Below, piece by piece: positions 10,227-18,481 of a DNA stretch of 47,546 nucleotides (position 1 is the stretch's first letter; each line of letters starts with the position of its first letter). Origin of the DNA: a bacterium. Its GTDB lineage: Bacteria; Zhuqueibacterota; Zhuqueibacteria; Oceanimicrobiales; Oceanimicrobiaceae. The notes under the pieces were generated by a model. The model worked only from the letters and a program-made list of their open reading frames with translations, did no database searches and was not told the DNA's origin. The position numbers and the translations under genes are program-made. Location of the stretch: the NCBI GenBank assembly GCA_046757165.1, contig JBHHXT010000018.1:1-47546 (forward strand), written 5' to 3'.

Positions 10227-13200
10227 ATGACAGAATTTGTTCACCTCCACAACCATTCTCACTACAGCCTGTTGGATGGCGTCTGCAAACTGGACGATTT
10301 CGTCAGCGAAGCTGTCAAGAATGACATGCCGGCGCTGGCGTTGACGGACCACGGCAATATGTTTGGGGCCATCGAGTTCTACCAGGTGGCGCGAAAACAT
10401 GGCGTCAAGCCCATTATCGGCGTGGAAGCTTACGTGGCGCCAGGAAGCAGAAAAGAGCGCAAGTATTCCGAAGGCAGCGCAGCGACCTCATTCCACCTGG
10501 TTCTGCTGGCAAAGAGTCTTGCCGGCTACCAGAACCTGATGCGCCTGGTGTCAATCGGCTTTTTGGAGGGCTTCTACTACCGACCACGCATGGACAAAGA
10601 GGTGTTGAAGCAGTACAGCGAAGGGCTGATCGCGTTGTCCGCGTGTTTGAAAGGAGAGGTCTCTTACACGTATCTCAAGAAAGGATACGATGCCGCTCGA
10701 AAGATCGCCCAGGAATACCTGGAAATTTTCAAGGACGACTACTACCTGGAGATACAGAATCACGGCATCAAGGAAGAGGATCAGGCGCGCGAAGGCATCA
10801 TCGAGCTGAGCAAGGATTTGAGCATCCCGATTGTGGCCACCAATGACGTCCACTATCTGAGAAAAGACCACTATTTGCCCCATGACTGCTTGATTTGTTT
10901 GCAGACAGGCAAGGATCGTGACGACCCGAAACGATTGCGCTACTCCACCAATGAAATCTATTTCAAGAGTCAGCAGGAAATGGCTGAAACGTTCCCGGGG
11001 TATGAGGACGCCTTAAAGAGAACGCAGGAGGTTGCCGGCAAATGCAACGTGGAGCTAAATCTCAAAGTGACGTACCTGCCAAAGTTCGAGATTCCGGAAG
11101 ATGAGCCGGCCGCTACCCTGGATGACTATCTGGCCAAGCTCGCCTATGAGGGCGCACGCGAGCGCTTTGGCGAGATCACGCCACAGGTGGAGGAACGCCT
11201 GCAGCATGAGCTGGGCATCATCAAAGAAATGGGGTACTCCGGCTACTTCCTGATCGTGATGGACTTCATTCGATATGCCAAGCAACAGGGCATTCCCGTA
11301 GGCCCGGGGAGAGGCTCGGCCGCCGGCAGCCTGGTTTCTTATTGTTTGCAGGTCACCAACATCGACCCGTTGAAATATAACCTGATTTTCGAGCGCTTCC
11401 TGAACCCCGAGCGTGTAACCATGCCGGACATCGATATCGATTTCTGTTATGAGCGGCGCGAAGAGATCATCCAGTACGTGAAGGAAAAATACGGCGAAAA
11501 GAATGTCACTCAAATCATTACTTTTGGCACGATGGCGGCCCGGGCGGTCATCCGGGACGTCGGCCGGGTTTTGAAAATCAGCTATAGCGATGTCGACCGC
11601 ATTGCCAAGATGATCCCGGCGTCACCAAAAATGACCCTGGAGAAAGCGTTCGAGCTCGTGCCTGATCTGCTCGAGCTGGCCGATGAGAACGAGACTTACC
11701 AGCAGCTCATCGACTACTCTCGTGTTCTGGAAGGGTTGGCGCGCCATGCCTCGACGCACGCCGCCGGTGTCGTGATCACCCCGGACGATTTGACCAATTA
11801 TACGCCGCTCTACAGGTCCTCCCAGGGCGACATCACGACTCAGTACGACATGAAAATCCTGGAAAGGATCGGTGTGTTGAAAATGGATTTTCTGGGTCTG
11901 CGCACCTTGACGGTCATCCAAAAGGCGGTCGATGCGCTTGCGGAGAAGGGCATCGAGGTAGACATCAACAGGGTGGATCTGGAAGACAAAGAAACCTATG
12001 AACTGTTTTCCAGAGGAGAGACGGTGGCGGTTTTCCAGTTCGAAAGCTCGGGGATGCGCGAGTATCTGCGAAAGCTCAAGCCGCAGGTGTTTGATGATTT
12101 GATTGCCATGAATGCGCTCTACCGTCCTGGTCCAATGGATTGGATTGACGACTTTATCGCCCGGCGCCAGGGTCGCAAGACGATTGAGTATTTGCATCCT
12201 CTGCTCGAGCCAATTCTCGAGGAAACCTACGGCATCATCGTTTACCAGGAGCAGGTGATGCGCATCGCCAGCACCCTGGCGGGATTCAGCATGGGCAAAG
12301 CGGACTTGTTGCGTTCGGCCATGGGGAAGAAAAAAAAGAAGTTGATGGCGGAGCAGCGCGTGTTGTTTTTGCAAGGATGTGCCGAGAGGCAAATCCCTGA
12401 GAAGCTGGCCAATGAAATCTTTGACCTCATGGACAAATTCGCGGGCTACGGCTTCGTCAAACCGCATGCGACATGTTACGCCCACGTTGCCTTCCAGACC
12501 GCTTACTTGAAGCGCCATTATCCGGCGGAATTCATGGCAGCCACAATCTCCAGCGAAATGGGAAGCACAAACCGGGTTGTGATTCTCATCGAAGAGTGCA
12601 AGCGCATGGGAATTACGGTCAAGCCGCCGGATGTGAACGAAAGCTTCTACGACTTCAAGGTGGAGGGTAAGGAAATCCGTTTTGGTCTTGGCGCCATCAA
12701 GAACGTTGGCAAGAACGCCATCGAGTCGATTATCAACTCCCGGCAACGGGATGGGCGTTTCACGAGCATCTTTGAGTTCTGCGAGCGCGTGGATTCGCGC
12801 CAGGTGAACAAGAAGGTGCTTGAAAGCTTGATTCAGGCAGGGGCCATGGACTCCCTGGAAGGCCATCGCGCGCAGAAGCTGGCGGCCATCGAAACCGCAA
12901 TCAACTTCGCCCAATCGGCCCAGGCGGCAAAGATAAGACGGCAGACCTCCATTTTTGATCTGGATGACGCCAACGCCGGCGTGGCCAGCTATCCGATGCT
13001 GCCGATGGTTTCACCCTGGAAAGATTCCCATGTTCTGGCGCTGGAAAAGGAAATACTCGGCTTTTATGTCTCCGGTCATCCGCTCGACAAGTTCAACCAG
13101 GAAGTGCGCACGTTCGCCACCGTCACGCTCGAGGCCATCCACGAATGCAAGGATGGCACGGAAGTTCGCGTTTGCGGGATCGTGACTGAAAGCAAGAACA

Positions 13201-13658
13201 TCTTCGACCGCAAGAACAAACCGATGGCGTTCGTAACTCTGGAAGACTTTCATGGCTCTGTTGAAATCATCGTCTTTTCCAGCGTGTATGAAGACGTTCA
13301 ACAGGATTTGCAGCCGGATTCAATGGTTGTCGTGACAGGCCGCGTCAGCACACGCGAGCAGGAGCCGGCCAAGATTCTGTGTGAAAGCGTGGTTCCGTTG
13401 CTGCAGGCCTGGGAGGAGTTTGGCAAGAGCCTTTACCTGAGCATGAATGTCATCGGCGTCGATGATCCGTTGTTGAACCAGGTTTCGGAGATTCTGAAAC
13501 AAAACCCGGGGGGTTGCAATCTTTTCATAAATCTGAACATCCCGGAGAAGGAGCCGAAAACAATTAAGTCCAAAAATCTCAAAGTCAAGCCTTCTGTCGA
13601 CATGCTCACCAAGCTGCGCAACTTGCTGGGACAGGAGAATGTCTGGATGGAGGGCTAA
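10227..13658 (+). CDS. dnaE: DNA polymerase III subunit alpha
   Basis: PHP domain HLHNHSHYSLLDG, GPGRGSAAGS, FERFLNPER, PDIDIDF catalytic aspartates, KMDFLGL, C-terminal OB fold; no intein. Confidence 0.97.
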   Translation: MTEFVHLHNHSHYSLLDGVCKLDDFVSEAVKNDMPALALTDHGNMFGAIEFYQVARKHGVKPIIGVEAYVAPGSRKERKYSEGSAATSFHLVLLAKSLAGYQNLMRLVSIGFLEGFYYRPRMDKEVLKQYSEGLIALSACLKGEVSYTYLKKGYDAARKIAQEYLEIFKDDYYLEIQNHGIKEEDQAREGIIELSKDLSIPIVATNDVHYLRKDHYLPHDCLICLQTGKDRDDPKRLRYSTNEIYFKSQQEMAETFPGYEDALKRTQEVAGKCNVELNLKVTYLPKFEIPEDEPAATLDDYLAKLAYEGARERFGEITPQVEERLQHELGIIKEMGYSGYFLIVMDFIRYAKQQGIPVGPGRGSAAGSLVSYCLQVTNIDPLKYNLIFERFLNPERVTMPDIDIDFCYERREEIIQYVKEKYGEKNVTQIITFGTMAARAVIRDVGRVLKISYSDVDRIAKMIPASPKMTLEKAFELVPDLLELADENETYQQLIDYSRVLEGLARHASTHAAGVVITPDDLTNYTPLYRSSQGDITTQYDMKILERIGVLKMDFLGLRTLTVIQKAVDALAEKGIEVDINRVDLEDKETYELFSRGETVAVFQFESSGMREYLRKLKPQVFDDLIAMNALYRPGPMDWIDDFIARRQGRKTIEYLHPLLEPILEETYGIIVYQEQVMRIASTLAGFSMGKADLLRSAMGKKKKKLMAEQRVLFLQGCAERQIPEKLANEIFDLMDKFAGYGFVKPHATCYAHVAFQTAYLKRHYPAEFMAATISSEMGSTNRVVILIEECKRMGITVKPPDVNESFYDFKVEGKEIRFGLGAIKNVGKNAIESIINSRQRDGRFTSIFEFCERVDSRQVNKKVLESLIQAGAMDSLEGHRAQKLAAIETAINFAQSAQAAKIRRQTSIFDLDDANAGVASYPMLPMVSPWKDSHVLALEKEILGFYVSGHPLDKFNQEVRTFATVTLEAIHECKDGTEVRVCGIVTESKNIFDRKNKPMAFVTLEDFHGSVEIIVFSSVYEDVQQDLQPDSMVVVTGRVSTREQEPAKILCESVVPLLQAWEEFGKSLYLSMNVIGVDDPLLNQVSEILKQNPGGCNLFINLNIPEKEPKTIKSKNLKVKPSVDMLTKLRNLLGQENVWMEG

Positions 13659-13701
13659 TCAACTGGTATCCATTTTGGTTATTCAAGGAAAGGAGCTTGA
13701 A

Positions 13702-14265
13702 ATGGAAAAACTCATTGCTCGCGTCAAAACTATCCTTGTGACTCCTGAAAAAGCTTTGCAGGAGGTCAAAGATGAAGCAATGAACATCACAGAAACCATG
13801 AAGCAGTATGTGGCGATTCTTGCCGCCGTTCCAGCGGCCGCTACTTTTTATGGCCTGTTGCGCAGTGAGTCATTTTTTAGTAATTTGATCTACAGTGCTT
13901 TTGTTTTCGCGATAGGACTCGCCGGCGTGTTTGTTTCTGGAAAGATCATTGACGCCTTCGCGCCCCACTTCAATTCGACCAAGAACGATTTGAATGCGTT
14001 CAAGCTCTCCTTGTGCGCCTTTACGCCTGCGTTGTTGGCCGGACTTTTCACCATCAATCCCGATATGTGGATTCTGTGGCTCTTAGGCTCTTTTTATGGC
14101 GTCTATGTTCTCTACCTCGGAGTGCCCGTGTTGATGGAGACACCAGAAGATAAACGCATTGCTTATGCCGCAGTCAACGCTGTGGTGATCTATGTTGTCA
14201 TGTTGATCTTGCTGACCCTTGCCAGGAGCGTCGCTTTTGGAAGGGCGGCAGATGCGCTGCGCTAA
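13702..14265 (+). CDS. Yip1-family membrane protein
   Basis: RVKTILVTP N-terminus, five hydrophobic segments, YGVYVLYLGVPVLMETPEDK; RBS AAGGAG before ATG 13702. Confidence 0.8.
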   Translation: MEKLIARVKTILVTPEKALQEVKDEAMNITETMKQYVAILAAVPAAATFYGLLRSESFFSNLIYSAFVFAIGLAGVFVSGKIIDAFAPHFNSTKNDLNAFKLSLCAFTPALLAGLFTINPDMWILWLLGSFYGVYVLYLGVPVLMETPEDKRIAYAAVNAVVIYVVMLILLTLARSVAFGRAADALR

Positions 14266-14321
14266 GGCGCTCGTCTCAGCAATCTCAGTATTGAACAGCG
14301 CTCGCGCCTGAGTTGGGAGCG

Positions 14322-14485
14322 TGGCCGGACGGTCCGCAGTGCAATAGAGCGACAAATAGGTGTTGCGGACGTCCTGCCAAAAAACGTGATTTCCGGCTGA
14401 TCTTTTCCAGCGAACAAAATGGCCCGGGAGGGCCATTTTGCCCCGTTCCGTCCTTGATGTGTCTGCGTGTGGCAGGAATGCCCGC
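14322..14485. repeat. Cluster of GC-rich palindromes (REP-like)
   Basis: Imperfect hairpin 14322-14379; perfect 11-bp stem CAAAATGGCCC-GGGA-GGGCCATTTTG (14415-14440); TGGCAGGA at 14470 complementary to TCCTGCCA at 14372. Confidence 0.5.
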
Positions 14486-14766
14486 GCCTCCCCTGTCTCC
14501 TTAACTCCGGTTCTATTTCATTTTTCCTCCATTACGGAAGTGTATTACGTTCGTGTAACGATCCGGGGTAAATCATGGTGTAACCCGGGACGGTGGCCTC
14601 CCATTAAGTATTTATTAATATTATGCCTACCCGTTCAGTTGCTCTCCTGGTACGCTCTTTGCCATCTCTGGTGACGGAGGTTACACGCTCACTTCACCAG
14701 GGCACGTACTCAGGAAAGAGCAAGACTCAGCTCAGTTTTAACACCAAAACTAAGAGGGGTAGTCAC

Positions 14767-15756
14767 ATGTTTAAGGGCATATTCGTATTTACAGTTATGC
14801 ACCTCGCCCTCATTGGCACGGTGCTCGGAGATGGCACGATTTCGATTATCAAGGTGAACGGTCCTTATGGCATCATCAGCAAGGGCGCTAACCAGGGCCT
14901 GCAGGAGGGGCAGATGCTGTCTGTGAAAAGGGCAACCCGGCAGGGTCCCGTTGACATCTGCGAAGTGAAGGTCATTCGAACGACGGCGAATCGAGCGGCG
15001 ATTGAGCAGATCGGCAGGAGTCGCGGGGTGCTTATCAGAAAAGGCGACCAACTTTTTGAACGGAATCGGCCGAGTTCCGATGTGCGGCGCCAACTGAGCC
15101 GAAGGGAGAGTCGTGCGAGCAGTCGACTCGCCAGCGATCCTGTGCCGAGGCCTTCGACGCAAAGTAATTTCGAACCCATCACCGAGCCTGCCCACGATCC
15201 CGTGGCCACCGATGACCTCGAGGTGTATAGACCTCCCAAAGGTCAGGTGTATGGCGCGGTTGGCCGGTTCCGCAAGCCATGGATCGGGCTTAATGTTGGC
15301 GGGATGTTTCCTGGCGGGGAGCTCTCGAGCGCGTATTCCGCCAGCCCGAAGTTTGGCCTGAGCTACCTGGTTGCCACCGGCCGTGATTTCCATTTGGGTG
15401 TGGAAATCAATCATGCCGTTTTGAGCGGGTCAGCGTTCGGCGGCAGCTCAGCCTTCAGCAATGATGCCTCCTCGATGCTGGAAGCGCTGGTGATCTTTCA
15501 GAAATTTTTTGGCGACTACTTTTTCGTCGAAGGAGGAGCGGGCATCTTTCGCCCGAAATTGCGTCTAACCTCGGTTGACGATGTTGAAACCACTTATTCC
15601 TCGACCCATTTGGGCTTCGTTGGCGGCGCCGGCTTCTTTGTTCCGACCAGTCCGTTCGCAGGCTTCACCATGAAGGGGCGGATGCACAATTATTATGACA
15701 AGACCAGCAAACACTATTTCGGCTTGTCGGGCGGATTTAGATTCAAGATTAGATAG
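14767..15756 (+). CDS. Outer-membrane beta-barrel protein with an N-terminal FlgT_C-like domain and disordered linker
   Basis: Signal peptide; G...GLQEGQ.L.V.R....I..VKV....IRKGD pattern; Pro/Arg/Ser-rich linker; alternating beta-strands ending YFGLSGGFRF; RBS GAGGGG. Confidence 0.65.
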   Translation: MFKGIFVFTVMHLALIGTVLGDGTISIIKVNGPYGIISKGANQGLQEGQMLSVKRATRQGPVDICEVKVIRTTANRAAIEQIGRSRGVLIRKGDQLFERNRPSSDVRRQLSRRESRASSRLASDPVPRPSTQSNFEPITEPAHDPVATDDLEVYRPPKGQVYGAVGRFRKPWIGLNVGGMFPGGELSSAYSASPKFGLSYLVATGRDFHLGVEINHAVLSGSAFGGSSAFSNDASSMLEALVIFQKFFGDYFFVEGGAGIFRPKLRLTSVDDVETTYSSTHLGFVGGAGFFVPTSPFAGFTMKGRMHNYYDKTSKHYFGLSGGFRFKIR

Positions 15757-15759
15757 CGC

Positions 15760-15853
15760 AAAAAAAAGCCTCGGTATTCGAGAAGTCAGGCAAAGAAGTA
15801 GAGTCGAATGAATACCGAGGCCCAAAATTAAGGAGGAACATATTACTGTTGAC
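15760..15853 (-). ncRNA. Candidate small RNA with an anti-SD motif and terminator-like hairpin
   Basis: Minus strand reads CCTCCT (15836-15831), then a 12-bp stem (15821-15810 with 15779-15768), then U8 (15767-15760); no minus-strand gene terminates here. Confidence 0.4.
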
Positions 15854-15861
15854 CTATTTAA

Positions 15862-15889
15862 CTATCGTACGGTGGGTTCGTTTTCTTGA
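15862..15889 (-). promoter_or_regulatory. sigma28(FliA)-like promoter candidate
   Basis: Minus strand TCAAG-N15-TACGATAG. Confidence 0.4.
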
Positions 15890-16007
15890 GCTGGTTTGAG
15901 CACTTTTAACCCGGGCTTGTCTCGGGTTTTCTTTTGGTGGCGTATCGCCATTCCCATGAATTTGTCCACATCATCTTCCAGGTCACAGAATTCCCCAAAT
16001 TTTCCTC

Positions 16008-16036
16008 TTGACTAAGTGTCAAAAAATTGTTACTAT
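16008..16036 (+). promoter_or_regulatory. sigma70-type promoter of the nuo operon
   Basis: TTGACT (16008-16013), 17-bp spacer, TG-n-TACTAT (16031-16036). Confidence 0.7.
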
Positions 16037-16098
16037 TGGCCTTAAATTTGGCTCGCGTTGTTGACTTTCCCATTCAAAAGCTAAAATCAAGGGTTTCA

Positions 16099-16530
16099 AT
16101 GCTCCTAAACTTCGCTAGTGTCCTGATCTTCCTGGTGTTTGGTGCCCTGTTCGTCGGCGTAAATCTGCTGCTTTCCAGGCTGATTCAGACCCGCAATCCC
16201 CACCCCATGAAACTGAGTACTTATGAGTGCGGCGAGATAGCCGAAGGCCATTCCTGGATACAGTTCAATATCCGGTTCTACGTTATCGCCCTTGTTTTTC
16301 TCATCTTTGAAGTAGAGATTGTCTTCTTGTTTCCCTGGGCAACGGTGTTCAAGGACCTGGGCTTATTTGCGTTCATCGAAATGATGATCTTCGTTTTTAT
16401 CCTTTTGGTTGGATTAGCTTATGTCTGGGCAAAAGGGGATCTTGAATGGGAAAAGCCAAAGGCAGTGCCAGCACCAGAGTTGTCATCCGTAACTGAAAAA
16501 CAACCATTGACTGAAGTGATAGCCTCATAG
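16099..16530 (+). CDS. nuoA: NADH-quinone oxidoreductase subunit A
   Basis: [41 protein letters not shown]; start placed at ATG 16099, downstream of the promoter. Confidence 0.95.
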   Translation: MLLNFASVLIFLVFGALFVGVNLLLSRLIQTRNPHPMKLSTYECGEIAEGHSWIQFNIRFYVIALVFLIFEVEIVFLFPWATVFKDLGLFAFIEMMIFVFILLVGLAYVWAKGDLEWEKPKAVPAPELSSVTEKQPLTEVIAS

Positions 16531-16561
16531 CTCAAGAGAAGAAAGGATACTGGACTACGGA

Positions 16562-17644
16562 ATGCCCATACTCAACGCGAATTTGACTTTGCAGGCTTCA
16601 ACGTTGCTCAATCTCCCTGAACTTCTAACGACAATCATTTTCCTGGTCTTAGGTGCGGTCATCTTTACAGGGGCGGCTGCGGTGTTGGCTTTAGTCGGCG
16701 TTTATCTCGAGCGCAAGATCTCTGCGCATATGCAAGATCGCCTGGGCCCGATGGAAGTCACGACTGAAATCCCCTTGCTCAAGAACATTGGACACGGTTG
16801 GGCACAAACCCTTGCTGACGCGATCAAATTGCTTATCAAGGAAGATATTGTGCCGGCGGAAGCGGACAAGAAGCTCCACCTTCTGGCGCCATTTATCGTG
16901 TTTGCGGCAACCCTGGCTGCATTCGCGGTTCTGCCCTTTGGGCCCGGTCTGGTTGCCAGCAAGCTCAATGTGGGTCTTTTCTATCTGATCGCAATTTCAT
17001 CTTTTGTGGTGGTGGGCATCATTCTGGCAGGATGGTCATCGAATAACAAGTGGTCTCTCCTGGGGGCGATGCGCTCAGCCGCTCAGATTGTGAGCTTTGA
17101 AATCCCGGCCTCCCTGGCAATTCTGGTCGTCATCATGACCGTGGGGTCCCTGAACCTGGGCGAAATCGTAGAAGCCCAGCAAGGAGGCATTCACCGATGG
17201 CTGATCTGGTGGTATCCTCCCTTCAATTTTCTGGCCTTTTTCATATTTTTTATCGCCTCCCTGGCAGAGCTCAACCGCGCACCGTTCGACATGCCGGAAG
17301 CCGAATCTGAAATTGTCGCAGGCTTTCACACCGAGTACAGCGGCATGAAGTTCGCCATGTTTTTTCTGGCTGAATATGCCAACATGTTCCTGGTGGGCGT
17401 GATTGTCTCGACGCTTTTTCTCGGGGGCTGGTCAAGCCCGTTCGGCGACTTTATGAACTCCGGGGTGTTTCCCGTCCTCTGGATTTCACTGAAGGCGTTT
17501 ATGGTCATTTTTGTGCAAATCTGGCTCAGGTGGACCCTGCCGCGCGTGCGCGTCGACCAGCTCATGTACACATCATGGAAAGTTCTGACGCCGTTCGCCT
17601 TCGTCTGCATGGTGGGCGTCGGAATTTGGATGGTGATACTGTAA
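16562..17644 (+). CDS. nuoH: NADH-quinone oxidoreductase subunit H
   Basis: [62 protein letters not shown]. Confidence 0.96.
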   Translation: MPILNANLTLQASTLLNLPELLTTIIFLVLGAVIFTGAAAVLALVGVYLERKISAHMQDRLGPMEVTTEIPLLKNIGHGWAQTLADAIKLLIKEDIVPAEADKKLHLLAPFIVFAATLAAFAVLPFGPGLVASKLNVGLFYLIAISSFVVVGIILAGWSSNNKWSLLGAMRSAAQIVSFEIPASLAILVVIMTVGSLNLGEIVEAQQGGIHRWLIWWYPPFNFLAFFIFFIASLAELNRAPFDMPEAESEIVAGFHTEYSGMKFAMFFLAEYANMFLVGVIVSTLFLGGWSSPFGDFMNSGVFPVLWISLKAFMVIFVQIWLRWTLPRVRVDQLMYTSWKVLTPFAFVCMVGVGIWMVIL

Positions 17645-17652
17645 GGAACCCT

Positions 17653-18144
17653 ATGAGCCTTTTTGACCTCGTTTTCTACGCATTTGCTGCTCTCACGGCC
17701 ACATCTGCTGCCATCATGGTTTTTTCCCGTAATGTCATCTATTCAGCCGTCGGACTCCTTTTTACATTTTTCGGCGTGGCGGGAGTTTATGTGCTGCTGG
17801 CGGCAGACTTCGTGGCAATCGCTCAAATCCTGATCTACGTCGGTGGCATTTTGATTCTGCTTCTCTTCGGGGTGATGTTATCCCAGCGCATCACGAGTGT
17901 GGAGCTGCGGACCGAGACGCTGCAAATTGTGCCGGCCGTGCTGGTGGTTGGGGCTGTGTTTGCGGTCCTCGTTCGTACCCTTACCTCAACCGATTGGCAC
18001 GCCGTCCAGCCCGGGGCTTTTGCCCCAACGACAGAAAAAATTGGTGCGTTGATGATGACGGAATACTTGATTCCGTTCGAAATCGTCTCTGTGCTTCTCT
18101 TGGGAGCGCTTATCGGCGCTGCCTTTATTGCGAGGAAGGACTGA
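17653..18144 (+). CDS. nuoJ: NADH-quinone oxidoreductase subunit J
   Basis: QILIYVGGILILLLFGVML, YLIPFEIVSVLLL; ATG 8 nt after the nuoH stop. Confidence 0.95.
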   Translation: MSLFDLVFYAFAALTATSAAIMVFSRNVIYSAVGLLFTFFGVAGVYVLLAADFVAIAQILIYVGGILILLLFGVMLSQRITSVELRTETLQIVPAVLVVGAVFAVLVRTLTSTDWHAVQPGAFAPTTEKIGALMMTEYLIPFEIVSVLLLGALIGAAFIARKD

Positions 18145-18147
18145 TTT

Positions 18148-18456
18148 ATGCAAGTCGGCCTGACCCATTACTTGGTCCTGGGAGCTCTTCTTTTCTCCCT
18201 GGGATTGTTTGCAGTGGTCACCAAAAAGAATGCTGTAACCGTGCTGATGGGCGTGGAGTTGATTTTGAACGCTGCCAATATCAATTTCATTGCGTTCGCA
18301 CGTTTCATCGACAATGATTTGGATGGGCAGGTTTTCGCTGTCTTTGTTATCGTGACAGCCGCTGCGGCTGCGGCAGTAGCTCTTGCCATCGTGCTCAATC
18401 TTTATGAGCGGCTCAAATCGATCAACCTGGATGATGCAGATTCTCTGGCAGGATAA
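18148..18456 (+). CDS. nuoK: NADH-quinone oxidoreductase subunit K
   Basis: LMGVELILNAANIN, GQVFAVFVI; 102 aa with three TM helices. Confidence 0.95.
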   Translation: MQVGLTHYLVLGALLFSLGLFAVVTKKNAVTVLMGVELILNAANINFIAFARFIDNDLDGQVFAVFVIVTAAAAAAVALAIVLNLYERLKSINLDDADSLAG

Positions 18457-18481
18457 GCTAACTTAACGTAAAAACGAATCT

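Noticed and set aside
12330..12338. A_AAA_AAG slippery heptamer in dnaE (dnaX-like -1 frameshift)
   Set aside because: It encodes the conserved MGKKK motif; no properly spaced upstream SD or clear downstream stimulator, and truncation here would remove essential domains.
11622..12914. 430-aa minus-strand ORF
   Set aside because: Antisense shadow of dnaE with no recognisable motifs.
16027..16098. Longer N-termini in the ORF track (nuoA here; likewise nuoJ, Yip1, beta-barrel, FN3, aminotransferase, ligase, DUF885)
   Set aside because: The extensions overlap promoters or neighbouring genes or lack an RBS; downstream ATGs fit RBS, signal peptide or family length better.
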